Shown here: one piece after another, positions 44,729 to 55,146 of the stretch
Numbering within the stretch: the first letter of the stretch is position 1
Layout of the letters: each line of letters begins with the position of its first letter
Assembly: GCA_965228895.1 (NCBI GenBank)
Contig: OZ245842.1
Span: forward strand, 4,320,001 to 4,384,000
Direction of reading: 5' to 3'
Length of the DNA stretch: 64,000 bases
DNA from: Alphaproteobacteria bacterium
GTDB lineage: Bacteria; Pseudomonadota; Alphaproteobacteria; SP197
Program-made: the position numbers and the translations under genes
The notes under the pieces: generated by a model
The model's database searches: none
Seen by the model: the letters and a program-made list of their open reading frames with translations, nothing else
Told to the model about the DNA's origin: nothing

Positions 44729-44833
44729 TCTCTTTACTCCCTTTATGTCTGTACCTTCGGGCATCGAGGCCCACGGCGACGTCGAGCATGGCGCCTCGGG
44801 CTCCATGTCATCCAGTCTAGAAGGTGAGACCGA

Positions 44834-44854
44834 CCGGTACAGCATCTGTACTGG
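44834..44854. promoter_or_regulatory. Palindromic operator between DUF1330 and the divergent HxlR regulator
   Basis: CCGGTACAG-CAT-CTGTACTGG (9-bp arms, 1 mismatch). Confidence 0.6.
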
Positions 44855-44912
44855 ATGCCGGCAACCGTTCCACCTATCTTTTCCCTCACTCATCGAACGT
44901 AGGGGGTAAGTC

Positions 44913-45605
44913 GTGGCACAGCCCGGTTACAAACAATTCTGCCCTGTCGCCATGGCTGCCGAGGTGCTTTGCACCAGGTGGACCATGGTGCTGGTGCGCG
45001 AACTGATTGCCGGATCGACCAGGTTCAACGATCTGCGCCGCGGCGTGCCGAAAATGTCACCGTCTTTGCTGTCGCAGCGTCTGAAGGAACTCGAAAGCGC
45101 CGGGATCGTCGAGCGCAGGCCTATGATCGGCGACAGGTCCGTCATGGCGTACCACCTGACGGAGGCCGGCAAGGATCTGCGGGCGGTCGTCGAATCGATG
45201 GGCATGTGGGGCCAGCGGTGGGTGGAATCCCAACTTACCCTGAAGAACCTCGACCCCTCCCTCCTGATGTGGGATATGCGCCGCAACCTGGATCCCACGC
45301 CCCTTCCGAGCCGGCGTTCGGTGGTTCAGTTTCTGTATCCCGAACTTCCCGCTTCGAAACGCGACTGGTGGCTGGTCATCGAGCCGACCGGCGAGGTCGA
45401 CCTGTGCTGGGCCGATCCCGGCTTTGATATCGATCTCTTCGTCACCACGGACCTTAGAACGATGACGGCGATCTGGATGGGTCTAACCACCGTTCGCGAC
45501 GAAGGCGACCGCATCGACGTTCACGGCGACAAGCAACTCGCGTCGACCATGCAGACATGGCTTGGGCTCAGCCCCTTCGCCATCGAGGCAAAGCGTGTCG
45601 CCTAG
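44913..45605 (+). CDS. HxlR-family winged-helix transcriptional regulator with C-terminal extension
   Basis: YKQFCPVAMAAEVL, RWTMVLVREL, RFNDLRRGVP, LSQRLKELE, YHLTEAG. Confidence 0.92.
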   Translation: MAQPGYKQFCPVAMAAEVLCTRWTMVLVRELIAGSTRFNDLRRGVPKMSPSLLSQRLKELESAGIVERRPMIGDRSVMAYHLTEAGKDLRAVVESMGMWGQRWVESQLTLKNLDPSLLMWDMRRNLDPTPLPSRRSVVQFLYPELPASKRDWWLVIEPTGEVDLCWADPGFDIDLFVTTDLRTMTAIWMGLTTVRDEGDRIDVHGDKQLASTMQTWLGLSPFAIEAKRVA

Positions 45606-46213
45606 CGTGTCGCGATCGCAACGCCTGAGCCGATCAGGATTGTACCCGTAACCTGCTGCAGGCGCCGCATGGCTTTGGCCGACGCCAGGAGACGGCGCGC
45701 CCGGTCGACCAGAAGGACCGCGGTGCCGTAGATCAGAAAGGACACGCCAGCAACAATAGCCGCAAGCAAAAGGAAGTCACCCACGCCGACCTTTGCCATG
45801 TTGATCAATGTCGGCAACAAGGCGCCAAAGAACAGGATCGCCTTGGGGTTACCCAGCGTGGCCAGCAGACCAAGCGCGATGTCGCGCCACAGTGCGCTGG
45901 ACCCACGGGCCTGGACCGCAACCGTGCCCTCCTTACCGGTGATGGCGCGGTAGCCGCGCCAGATCAGATAGGCGGCACCGGCGTACTTCACGATTTCGAA
46001 CAGCGGCCCCATGGTTGTCGCAATCGCCAGCAGGCCAACAAACGCGACACTTAGGAAGATGGCATCAGCCAACGCAAGTCCGGTGATAACCGCAAAGCCC
46101 GCCCTGGCACCGCCGCCAAGCGTGCGCGACACGACGATCGCGAGGCCCGGACCGGGCAGCAGTGTCCATAAGAACATGCTCACAGCAAAGACGATCAGAT
46201 CTGCAAACAGCAT
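45602..46213 (-). CDS. LysE-family translocator
   Basis: LLPGPG, KYAGAAYLIWRG, LGNPKAILFF. Confidence 0.92.
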   Translation of the reverse strand: MLFADLIVFAVSMFLWTLLPGPGLAIVVSRTLGGGARAGFAVITGLALADAIFLSVAFVGLLAIATTMGPLFEIVKYAGAAYLIWRGYRAITGKEGTVAVQARGSSALWRDIALGLLATLGNPKAILFFGALLPTLINMAKVGVGDFLLLAAIVAGVSFLIYGTAVLLVDRARRLLASAKAMRRLQQVTGTILIGSGVAIATR

Positions 46214-46378
46214 GGCATCGCGTTTCCTTTCGGGATGTCATGACAGGCCGCGGGTCAGCTTGTCCATGACAAAGGGTCTGTTGCGTTTTATCGGGTAGTC
46301 GCGGCGGCCGGGGCATCAATTGGGATCGACCGCGAGATTGGCAGGCGTTGGGAGGCCGCCAGGTGGAGGCGTAGGGCG

Positions 46379-46651
46379 ATGGAGGCAGATCCGAACATCC
46401 AGGTGGCGTGGATTATGGCGCTTTTCGCCGCCATCCCGGTCGTGACGGCCGTCGCGTTGCATTGGCTGAGCCAGCATTCGCCGCTCACCCCGGCGCTGGC
46501 GTCCTATTCGGGCGTGGTCCCACCGTTCTTTGTCTCGGTCGCTCTTATGTTTGGCCTGCTCGCCCCGTTCCTGGCGGCCGAAACATGGGAGCGAGTCAAC
46601 GACAGCAGCCACAGTCTGGAGCACGAGGGTGTAACGAGCCAGGCACCATGA
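46379..46651 (+). pseudogene. Truncated membrane protein, DUF4239/bestrophin-like N-terminal fragment
   Basis: Two TM segments and GVVPPFFVSVALMFGLLAPFLAAETWER, which I recall as resembling DUF4239 N-termini; ends after 90 aa. Confidence 0.5.
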
Positions 46652-46669
46652 GGTCTGTAGGGGACAGGA

Positions 46670-47365
46670 TTAGATGCCCCAGGGATTGTAAAAAGCTCTG
46701 TCATTCGGCACTGCGACGCGCGGGTCGACTTTCGCGCCGTCGCAAGCAATGCCAAAGACATAGGGCCTGCTGTCGGATGTCAGATACGCGTTGACCGGCG
46801 GGATCGATTCGACGCGCGCACGCAAGTTCGACAGGTCACGAAAAGAACGGAGCACGTCGGGAAAGAAGGCATCGACTTCATCCAGATAACTGAATGCAAG
46901 GAAGTCGACATGAGTCGGCGTGTCGCCAACGCAATAGTCCGGCTGGCGACCATCGCGACGCAGCCATTTCTGGAGGTTCTCGAGCGTTGGCTGCAACGTC
47001 TCCGCAGCGTAGTCACGCGTCGTGTTCCGCCAACCATCGACCCACGCGAAGCGCCAGAGGTCTTCCTGCGCCTCGGCCAGAACTTCCTGGGTGATATCCA
47101 ACAGGGTGTTCCGCGTCTCGTCACGGCCGAGCCAGCCGGCGGCGCGTGCGAGGTGTCGCAGAATGGCGTGGCATTGGGAAAGCTTTACGGTCGCGCTCTC
47201 GAAGATCGGCAGCCCGCCAAAATCGGTTTGCGGCCTCAACGCATCCCACGCATCCGCGGTCATGATGCGCCGGTCTTCGAAGTCGACCTTCATGGCATGG
47301 AGCGTCAGGCGGATGGCCTCGGCACGGCCTCGCATGTCGAAATAGATGAGGCGTTCCCGCGCCAT
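46670..47365 (-). CDS. Glutathione S-transferase, Tyr-type (sigma/pi-like)
   Basis: LIYFDMRGRAEAIRL, FGGLP, LSQCHAILRHLAR, VGDTPTHVDF. Confidence 0.85.
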   Translation of the reverse strand: MARERLIYFDMRGRAEAIRLTLHAMKVDFEDRRIMTADAWDALRPQTDFGGLPIFESATVKLSQCHAILRHLARAAGWLGRDETRNTLLDITQEVLAEAQEDLWRFAWVDGWRNTTRDYAAETLQPTLENLQKWLRRDGRQPDYCVGDTPTHVDFLAFSYLDEVDAFFPDVLRSFRDLSNLRARVESIPPVNAYLTSDSRPYVFGIACDGAKVDPRVAVPNDRAFYNPWGI

Positions 47366-47407
47366 CGCGTGATCATACAATGGAGCCGGCGTCCCGGTAC
47401 AACAGCG

Positions 47408-48718
47408 TCAGGACGAAAGCGCCGGGGCCTGCCTTGCCGCGTCGGCCGTCAAAACTCTGCCAGCGAGATAAAGCGAGCCGCAGAGCAGAACGCGCGAGGG
47501 ACCGTCCTTGGCGAGTTCCCTGATGGCATCTTCAATTCCGGCGCCGACGCGGGCATCGATGCCGACATAGTTCAGGATATCGGCTGCCTCTTCGCCCGGC
47601 AGCGTGTTCTTTTCGCCCGGAATCGAGAGACAGACGGCGTGGCGCACGTATGGCGCCAGAGGCCGTGCAAAGCCGGCAGGGTCCTTGGTGATCATCATGC
47701 CGACCACAAGATCCAGCGGGCGGTCGTCCCAGTGCTGGCAGACATCCGCCAACGCCTGGCCCGCAGACGGGTTGTGGCCACCGTCGAGCCATAGCTCGAC
47801 ATCGGGTCCAGCAAGCTTTGTCAGGCTGCCGTCGGCAAGTCGTTGCAGGCGGGCCGGCCACACGACGTCGCGCAGGCCCACCGCCACATCGTCCCGGCTG
47901 ATGGTGAAACCCTTCAGGTGCCGCAGGCAGGCGATGGCCGTTGCCGCATTGTCGGCCTGATGGGCGCCGACCAGTCCCGGCAGCGGCAGCCTCCATGTGT
48001 CCGTCGCATCACGGTAGACAAGCTGGCCGGCCCCAACCGTTACATAAAAATCTCGGTCGCGGACGATCGTGGCAGCCCCGATATCGCCTGCCCGCTCCTC
48101 CATGACTGCGAGGGCCGCCGGCGGCTGGGGGCCGATGACCACGGGCACGCCAGGCTTGATGATACCCGCCTTCTCGCCGGCGATCGCTTCGATGGTATCG
48201 CCCAGGAAGTGCTGGTGATCCAACGCAATTGGCGTGATCGCGGTCAGCAGTGGCTGATCGACGACGTTGGTCGCGTCAAGGCGTCCGCCCAGACCGGTTT
48301 CCATCAGCAGGATATCGGCGGGCTCACGCGAAAACGCGAGGAAGGCAGCGGCGGTCGTGATCTCGAAGAACGTGATGGGCTCGCCACCATTGGCCTGTTC
48401 GCACTCGTCCAACAGGTCGGCCAGATCAGGCTCGGCAATGGCCTTACCGTTGATCTCGATACGTTCGTGGAACCGCATGAGATGGGGCGAGGTATAGACA
48501 TGCACCCGGTAGCCGGCAGCAAGCAGGGCGCGCCGCATGTAAGCAATCAGCGATCCCTTGCCGTTGGTGCCGGCAACGTGGATCACCGGCGGCAGATCGA
48601 GATGCGGGTTACCGAGCGCGTCGAGCACCCGGTAGAGGCGGTCCAGCGAAAGATCGATCAGCTTGGGATGCAGTTCCAGCAGCCGATCGAGCAGGACGTC
48701 ACTGGTCGGCTTGGACAC
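47408..48718 (-). CDS. folC: Dihydrofolate/folylpolyglutamate synthase
   Basis: HVAGTNGKGS, YTSPHL, ETGLGGRLDATN, WLDGGHNP, CGSLYLAG. Confidence 0.97.
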   Translation of the reverse strand: MSKPTSDVLLDRLLELHPKLIDLSLDRLYRVLDALGNPHLDLPPVIHVAGTNGKGSLIAYMRRALLAAGYRVHVYTSPHLMRFHERIEINGKAIAEPDLADLLDECEQANGGEPITFFEITTAAAFLAFSREPADILLMETGLGGRLDATNVVDQPLLTAITPIALDHQHFLGDTIEAIAGEKAGIIKPGVPVVIGPQPPAALAVMEERAGDIGAATIVRDRDFYVTVGAGQLVYRDATDTWRLPLPGLVGAHQADNAATAIACLRHLKGFTISRDDVAVGLRDVVWPARLQRLADGSLTKLAGPDVELWLDGGHNPSAGQALADVCQHWDDRPLDLVVGMMITKDPAGFARPLAPYVRHAVCLSIPGEKNTLPGEEAADILNYVGIDARVGAGIEDAIRELAKDGPSRVLLCGSLYLAGRVLTADAARQAPALSS

Positions 48719-49628
48719 GCGTGCCTGACCCTTCTTCGGGATCGTTGGCGGGACTGGGCAAAGCCGGCGCCGGTTCGCCGCGCCCGGCCATCAAGAGCCG
48801 CAGCAAGGTCGCCAGCCGCTCTCGCATCTCCGCGCGCGGCACGACCATGTCGAGCATGCCATGCTCCAGAAGGTATTCGGCGCGCTGGAAACCTTCCGGC
48901 AGGGTTTCGCGAATGGTCTCCTCGATCACCCGCTGCCCGGCGAAACCGATAATGGCGCCGGGTTCAGAAATCGCGATGTCGCCGATCATGGCGAAGGATG
49001 CGGTGACGCCGCCCGTCGTCGGGTTGGTCAAAACGGCGATATAGGGCAGCCGCGCCTCCTTCAGTTCGGAGATGGCAGCCGTCGTGCGCGCCATCTGCAT
49101 CAACGACAAGATACCTTCCTGCATGCGCGCGCCGCCGGACGCGGTAAAGATGATATAGGGGCTTTCCTGCAGGACAGCCAGGCGCGCGCCGGCGACAACC
49201 GCCTCGCCGACAGCGGCGCCCATGGAACCGCCCATGAAGTCGAAGTTGAAGACGGCGCTGACCGCGTGAACGCCGTCGATTTCGCCGTGGGCGACAATGA
49301 TCGCGTCTTTCTCGCCGGTCTTCGATTGCGCATCGCGCAGGCGTTCGGAATAGCGTTTGCGGTCGCGAAAGCGCAGGGGATCGGCTTCGACCTCTGGCAG
49401 CTCGATGCGGGTGTATTCGCCGTTGTCGTATAGGTTCGCAAGGCGCGCCTGGGGATCGATGCGCATGTGGAACCCACAATGGGGACAGACATGCATCGCC
49501 GCTTCGAGATCGCGGTGAAACACCATCTGCTCACACTGCGGGCACTTGTCCCACAGGTTCTCCGGCGTGTCCGCCTTGCGAACGAGATCGCGGATCTTCG
49601 GCAGCGACAGGTTTGAAAGCCAGCTCAT
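48699..49628 (-). CDS. accD: Acetyl-CoA carboxylase carboxyltransferase beta subunit
   Basis: Zn ribbon [35 protein letters not shown]. Confidence 0.97.
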   Translation of the reverse strand: MSWLSNLSLPKIRDLVRKADTPENLWDKCPQCEQMVFHRDLEAAMHVCPHCGFHMRIDPQARLANLYDNGEYTRIELPEVEADPLRFRDRKRYSERLRDAQSKTGEKDAIIVAHGEIDGVHAVSAVFNFDFMGGSMGAAVGEAVVAGARLAVLQESPYIIFTASGGARMQEGILSLMQMARTTAAISELKEARLPYIAVLTNPTTGGVTASFAMIGDIAISEPGAIIGFAGQRVIEETIRETLPEGFQRAEYLLEHGMLDMVVPRAEMRERLATLLRLLMAGRGEPAPALPSPANDPEEGSGTRVQADQ

Positions 49629-50464
49629 GTCCGTGCCTCCCTGACCCCCTTGGCAAGTGCGCGTGTCAGGTCGAGGACGCCATCGACGCAAGCCTGGGAC
49701 GGCGACCCGTCCGCCGAAAAGCCGTCGGCCACCTTCTGGCAAAATGCGCTGCCGACAACGGCAGCATCGGCGACCCGCGCGACATCAGCGGCATCATCAG
49801 GCGTCTTGATGCCAAAGCCGACGGCAACCGGCAGTTTGGTGTGACGTTTCAGGCGATCGACAGCGGCCTGGGTATCGGCGGTCGCCGCGCCGGCTGCGCC
49901 CGTGATACCGGCAATCGCGACGTAGTAGACGAAGCCTGAGGTGTTCATCAGCACCTGCGGCAGACGTTTGTCATCGGTCGTCGGCGTCGCCAAGCGGATC
50001 CAGTTGAGGCCGGCATCGAGGGCGGGCAAACACAGTTCCTCGTCTTCTTCCGGCGGCAGATCGACAATGATCAGCGCATCGATACCGGCGTCGCGGGCGT
50101 CGTTCAGAAACGCTTCGTTTCCGTAGCTGTAAATGGGGTTGTAGTAGCCCATCAACACGACCGGCGTGGTGTCGTCGCGCTCGCGGAGCTCACGCACCAG
50201 AGCAAGTGTCTTCTTCAGCGTCGTCCCGGCTTTCAAAGAGCGTTGTCCGGCGGTCTGGATCGTCGGGCCATCGGCCATGGGGTCGGTGAACGGCATGCCA
50301 AACTCGATCACATCGGCGCCGGCCTCGGGCAGTCCAAGCAAGATATCCCGCGACATGTCGTAGTTGGGATCACCGGCCATGACATACGCCACCAGGCCGG
50401 CACGGCCCTCTTCGGCCAGCGCGGCAAAACGGGCGTCGATGCGACCTGCACCATTGGCGCTCAT
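49625..50464 (-). CDS. trpA: Tryptophan synthase alpha chain
   Basis: [36 protein letters not shown]. Confidence 0.97.
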   Translation of the reverse strand: MSANGAGRIDARFAALAEEGRAGLVAYVMAGDPNYDMSRDILLGLPEAGADVIEFGMPFTDPMADGPTIQTAGQRSLKAGTTLKKTLALVRELRERDDTTPVVLMGYYNPIYSYGNEAFLNDARDAGIDALIIVDLPPEEDEELCLPALDAGLNWIRLATPTTDDKRLPQVLMNTSGFVYYVAIAGITGAAGAATADTQAAVDRLKRHTKLPVAVGFGIKTPDDAADVARVADAAVVGSAFCQKVADGFSADGSPSQACVDGVLDLTRALAKGVREART

Positions 50465-51675
50465 AGCTTCACCCCCAACACATCGGCGACGGCAAACACG
50501 TCCTTATCGCCGCGGCCGCACATGTTCATGACCAGCAGGTGGTCTTGGGGCAAGTCCGGCGCGATCTTCATGACATGGGCCAGCGCATGCGCCGGCTCCA
50601 GCGCCGGGATGATCCCTTCCAGGCTGCAACAGAGCTGAAACGCCTCCAACGCTTCGTCGTCGGTCGCCGAGACATAGTTGACACGGCCGGTATCGGCGAG
50701 CCAGGCATGTTCCGGTCCGATACCCGGATAATCCAGACCAGCCGAAATAGAGTGCGGCTCGATGATCTGACCGTCGTCGTCCTGCAGCAGGTAAGTCCGG
50801 TTGCCGTGCAAGACACCAGGCCTGCCACCGGTGATCGACGCGGCGTGTTCGCCTGTCTCAATACCGTGACCCGCCGCCTCGACGCCATAGATCGCGACGT
50901 CGGTGTCATCGAGGAACGGATGAAACAGGCCCATCGCGTTCGAGCCACCACCGATACAGGCGACCAGGCTATCGGGCGGCCGGCCTTCGGCCTCGATCAT
51001 CTGCTCGCGCGTCTCCCGGCCGATCACCGACTGAAAGTCGCGCACCAGTTCCGGGTAGGGATGCGGCCCGGCAACCGTGCCGATGATGTAGAAGGTCGTC
51101 TCCACATTGGTGACCCAGTCGCGCAGCGCCTCGTTCAGAGCGTCCTTCAAGGTGTGCGAGCCCGAGGTCACCGGGATGACTTCGGCACCAAGCAGCTTCA
51201 TGCGAAAGACGTTGGGCGCCTGACGTTCGATATCCTTGGCGCCCATATAGACAACGCACGGCAGGCCGACCTTGGCGCAGACCGTCGCCGTGGCGACGCC
51301 ATGCTGCCCGGCGCCGGTCTCGGCGATGATGCGCTGTTTGCCCATGCGCTGGGCGAGCAGGATCTGACCGACCGTGTTGTTGATCTTGTGCGAGCCCGTG
51401 TGATTGAGCTCATCGCGCTTGAAGTAGATCTTGGCGCCGCCCAGGTGCTCGGTCAGCCGCTCGGCGAAATAGAGCGGGCTCGGACGCCCGACATAGTGCT
51501 TGGCCCAGTGATCGAGCTCGGCCTGAAAGCTGGGGTCGTTCTTGGCCTCGGTCCAGGCCTTTTCCAGGTCCAGAATCAGAGGCATCAGCGTTTCGGCCAC
51601 ATAGCGTCCGCCGAACATGCCGAAATGGCCCTGCTCGTCCGGTCCGCTACGGTACGTGTTCACCGGTTCCATCAT
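50461..51675 (-). CDS. trpB: Tryptophan synthase beta chain
   Basis: [45 protein letters not shown]. Confidence 0.98.
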   Translation of the reverse strand: MMEPVNTYRSGPDEQGHFGMFGGRYVAETLMPLILDLEKAWTEAKNDPSFQAELDHWAKHYVGRPSPLYFAERLTEHLGGAKIYFKRDELNHTGSHKINNTVGQILLAQRMGKQRIIAETGAGQHGVATATVCAKVGLPCVVYMGAKDIERQAPNVFRMKLLGAEVIPVTSGSHTLKDALNEALRDWVTNVETTFYIIGTVAGPHPYPELVRDFQSVIGRETREQMIEAEGRPPDSLVACIGGGSNAMGLFHPFLDDTDVAIYGVEAAGHGIETGEHAASITGGRPGVLHGNRTYLLQDDDGQIIEPHSISAGLDYPGIGPEHAWLADTGRVNYVSATDDEALEAFQLCCSLEGIIPALEPAHALAHVMKIAPDLPQDHLLVMNMCGRGDKDVFAVADVLGVKL

Positions 51676-51801
51676 GTGTCCTTTTTGTTCAGGAGCCGGG
51701 AACATGCCGTTTTCCGACCGGCTCTGCAACGTCTGAACAATGCCCCAGCAGTCTGCTGCAACTGGCGGCGATACCCGCCTAAAATCGCCAAAATTGCCAC
51801 A

Positions 51802-52629
51802 TTAATCGCGTTTTCGCGCGAGGATCTCGACTGGAATCGTGCGTCCCTCGGCGACCGCGCGCGAGGAGTTCGCCATCATGACGGCCGCCACATCACCATG
51901 AACCAAGGGAACCGAGCGGTGCGGCGGTTTCCCGCCGCGCTCGACAACCGCCTTGGCGCGCGCGCCGAAGTCTTTGGACTCGGCGGCCCTGTCGCCTGCC
52001 TGGACAATGACGAAACCGGCGGTCTCCAGACCGGACCGGGTCGCCGCCAGAGTCGTTAGAAAACTTGCCTCGGCGGTGCTGGCCCAGGGCAGCGGGTAAT
52101 CGGGCTCCGGCCCCACACCGCGCGCGAACTCGGACAAGACCAGCCGCGCACCCGGCTTCAGGACCCGGGAGAGTTCGGCGTAGAGGGCATCCTTATCGGC
52201 GATGTTCATGGACACGTTCATGGAGTAAGCGGCATCGAACGTGCCATCGTCGAACGGCATGGCGAGCGCATTGCCGGTCTCGAAACGCACCCTGTCGTCT
52301 AGCCCCAGCAACGCCGTCAGTTGCCGCGCGACGTCGCAGAACTCTGCTGTCAAATCGACGCCGGTGACCTGGCAGCCGAACGTGTCAGCCATAAAACGCG
52401 CTGGTCCACCGATGCCGCTGCCAACGTCGAGCACATGGTCGGCCGCCAGCAGCGAAAGCAGGTTGGCGACATCCTCGGTCGCCTCCAGACCGCGCCCGTG
52501 AAACTGGTCATAAGGCGCAAGCGTCGCGATGGTCGGCCGGTTCGGATCGACGCCATCGTCCCGCAACGCCGCAGCAAGGCGGTCGAACAGGTCACCGCTG
52601 GTGTAGTGGTTTGTGACGTCTTGGCTCAT
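51802..52629 (-). CDS. Class I SAM-dependent methyltransferase
   Basis: YDQFHGRG, VLDVGSGIGGPARF, GVDLT, MPFDDGTFD, RVLKPG. Confidence 0.9.
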   Translation of the reverse strand: MSQDVTNHYTSGDLFDRLAAALRDDGVDPNRPTIATLAPYDQFHGRGLEATEDVANLLSLLAADHVLDVGSGIGGPARFMADTFGCQVTGVDLTAEFCDVARQLTALLGLDDRVRFETGNALAMPFDDGTFDAAYSMNVSMNIADKDALYAELSRVLKPGARLVLSEFARGVGPEPDYPLPWASTAEASFLTTLAATRSGLETAGFVIVQAGDRAAESKDFGARAKAVVERGGKPPHRSVPLVHGDVAAVMMANSSRAVAEGRTIPVEILARKRD

Positions 52630-52646
52630 GGCCTGCCGGCGACGGC

Positions 52647-53288
52647 CTAAAGGCCCCGAACGGTTTGTAGAAACGCCTTGATCATGCCGGGGTCCTTGAC
52701 GCCGGGCGCAGACTCGACGCCACTCGATACGTCGACGCAACGCGCACCCGTAAGGTTCACCGCTTCACCCACGTTGTCGTGGTCCAGGCCACCCGCCAAC
52801 ATCCACGGTCTCTGCCAGCTGCGCCCAGCCAAAAGCCGCCAATCGAACGCGACCGCGTTACCGCCCGGAAGGGTCGCGCCCTTGGGCGGCTTGGTATCGA
52901 ACATCAGCCAGTCCGCGACCGGCTCGAAGCTCGATGCGGAGTCCAAATCTTCGGCCTCGGCGACCCTGACGACTTTCATCATGTCGACGCCGAAGCGGGT
53001 GCGAACGTCGGCGACGCGCTTGGGGTCTTCAAGGCCATGCAGTTGCACCATCGAAAGACCGCCGGCCGCGATGGCGCCTGCGAGCAACGTATCGTCAGGG
53101 TCGACAAAAACGCCGACCTTGCCGACACCTTCGGGCACACGGGTGCCGAGCGCTTGAACAGCTTCCAAGTTCACGTAGCGCGGGCTCTTCTCGAAGAAGT
53201 TGAAGCCGACAAATCGCGCGCCGTGCGTGATTGCCGCGTCAAGGGCTTCGACACTTCCGATGCCGCAGATTTTTGCGTCGACCGCCAT
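52647..53288 (-). CDS. trpF: Phosphoribosylanthranilate isomerase
   Basis: KICGI, KSPRYV, VQLHG, WMLAGGL, VDVSSGVE. Confidence 0.96.
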   Translation of the reverse strand: MAVDAKICGIGSVEALDAAITHGARFVGFNFFEKSPRYVNLEAVQALGTRVPEGVGKVGVFVDPDDTLLAGAIAAGGLSMVQLHGLEDPKRVADVRTRFGVDMMKVVRVAEAEDLDSASSFEPVADWLMFDTKPPKGATLPGGNAVAFDWRLLAGRSWQRPWMLAGGLDHDNVGEAVNLTGARCVDVSSGVESAPGVKDPGMIKAFLQTVRGL

Positions 53289-53342
53289 GGTAACGCCCTA
53301 TGTGGTTGGCTGGAGGTCCCGATCCAAGGGACCTGGCGGCCT

Positions 53343-54065
53343 TTAAGCCGCCATCTCCTCGATGATACGGCCGGTGGCCTCGACCGGGTTGCGGGCCTGG
53401 GTGATCGGGCGTCCGACAACCAGATAATCGGCGCCCTCGTTCATGGCCTCCGACGGCGTGATAATCCGCTTCTGGTCATGCGCGGTCGACCAAGCCGGCC
53501 GGATACCGGGGACCACCAGCAGAAAGTCATCGCCGCAGCGCCGGCGCAGCTCGCGAATTTCATGGGCCGAGCAGACGACGCCGTCGACGCCGCATTCCTG
53601 GGCCAGGTCAGCGAGCCGCAGAACCTGCTCGGTCACCGTGCCCTGGCCGCCAATCATGGCGAGATCGCTGTCATCGAAACTGGTCAGGACGGTCACGGCA
53701 ATCACTTTGGGCCGGCGCCCGCCATGCTGCTCGCCCGACCTGACGGCCGCTGCCATGGCGCCGCGCATCATGGCCGATCCACCGGTCGCATGAATGGTCG
53801 TCATGAACGGCATGATATCCGCCATGCCGCGGATGCCGCCGGCGACCGTGTTGGGAATATCGTGCAGCTTGAGATCGAGAAACAGCGGATGCCGGTCCGC
53901 GACAACCTGACGGACGCCGTCCGGTCCGTGCGAACTGAAAAACTCCAGGCCCAGCTTCACGCCGCCGACCTTGCCCGAGAGGCTCTTCGACAACGCAATC
54001 GCGAGGTCCAGATCAATCGTGTCGATCGCGCACAACAGGCGAGACACGGCGTTGGGCTGCGCCAT
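53343..54065 (-). CDS. pyrF: Orotidine-5'-phosphate decarboxylase
   Basis: KLGLEFF, FLDLKLHDIPNTV, VTVLTS, PGIRP, VVGRPIT. Confidence 0.96.
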   Translation of the reverse strand: MAQPNAVSRLLCAIDTIDLDLAIALSKSLSGKVGGVKLGLEFFSSHGPDGVRQVVADRHPLFLDLKLHDIPNTVAGGIRGMADIMPFMTTIHATGGSAMMRGAMAAAVRSGEQHGGRRPKVIAVTVLTSFDDSDLAMIGGQGTVTEQVLRLADLAQECGVDGVVCSAHEIRELRRRCGDDFLLVVPGIRPAWSTAHDQKRIITPSEAMNEGADYLVVGRPITQARNPVEATGRIIEEMAA

Positions 54066-54177
54066 GGCATCTTCCCCCATTTCCACATGACAACGGCGCT
54101 TCTCAGTGGGCGCCACTCTTGGCGGATCTTATACCAGATTGATGGGGTGACGGCAGCCCCATCGATGTTAGGCGCGT

Positions 54178-55134
54178 TCAGGCCTTGGCGGTGGCAAGCT
54201 CCAACAGCAGCCGGGCGACACCCAGATCCAGGTGGCCGCCGCCGCCATTCTTGAAGAACGTGATCTCTTCGCCACTCTGGCGGCCGGAAACGGCGCCACG
54301 GGAGAGCTCAAACAGATCGCCGACAATGTCGTCTTCGGTCATCACACCGTTGTCGACGGGCGTCTTGATGTCGCCGACCTTGCCGACCGTGAACCAGCGG
54401 GAATCGACATAAACCCGGGCGCGGCGCACGCATTCGTCGTCGGATTCGCGCATGTCAGGCTGGTAACCGCCGACCAGGTCCAGATGGCCGCCCGGCTTGA
54501 GCCATGCGCCCTTGATCAGCGGCTCTTCGGCCATGGTCGCACAGGAGATGACGTCGGCCTCGCGCGCTGCCGCCTCCAGATCGGTCGTCGCGCGAATTGT
54601 GATTCCGTCGAGTCTGAGTGTTTGCGCCAGTTTCTCCGCACGCGCGCCCGTTCTATTCCACACCCAGACCTCGCGGATCGACGGCCTGATCGCGCTATGC
54701 GCCATGATCAGATGGGGCGCCATGGCACCGGCGCCGGCCATCAGCATGATACGTGCGTCCTCGCGCGCCAGGAAACTGGCGCCGGTCGCCGAATCGCCGG
54801 CGGTTTTGCGCAAGGTGAGCGCGGTGCCGTCGATGATCGCGGCCGGCTCGCCCGTGGCGCCGTCGAACAACACGTAGACGCCCTGAACGGTCGGCAGACC
54901 GGTATCCGTTCGCTCGTTCTCCGGAAAGACGGTCACCAGCTTGACCCCGATCGCCTGACCGCGCTGCCACGCCGGCAGCAGCAAGAAACCGTCCGTGCTG
55001 GCTGCCGGGTTGGGTTGGGTCAGGTAGACGTCGCTAATCTCGTCGATATCCTGGCGGTGGAATGCCTTCAGGCCTTCGACCACGGTGGGATAGTCGAGCA
55101 GATCGTGCACCGCCTCTGCGGCGATGTGTTTCAT
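54178..55134 (-). CDS. Ornithine cyclodeaminase / mu-crystallin family protein
   Basis: LLLPAW, GVKLVTVFP, IDGTALTLRKTA, GAGAMA, ITFFKNGG. Confidence 0.88.
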   Translation of the reverse strand: MKHIAAEAVHDLLDYPTVVEGLKAFHRQDIDEISDVYLTQPNPAASTDGFLLLPAWQRGQAIGVKLVTVFPENERTDTGLPTVQGVYVLFDGATGEPAAIIDGTALTLRKTAGDSATGASFLAREDARIMLMAGAGAMAPHLIMAHSAIRPSIREVWVWNRTGARAEKLAQTLRLDGITIRATTDLEAAAREADVISCATMAEEPLIKGAWLKPGGHLDLVGGYQPDMRESDDECVRRARVYVDSRWFTVGKVGDIKTPVDNGVMTEDDIVGDLFELSRGAVSGRQSGEEITFFKNGGGGHLDLGVARLLLELATAKA

Positions 55135-55146
55135 GGGAGAATGGTG

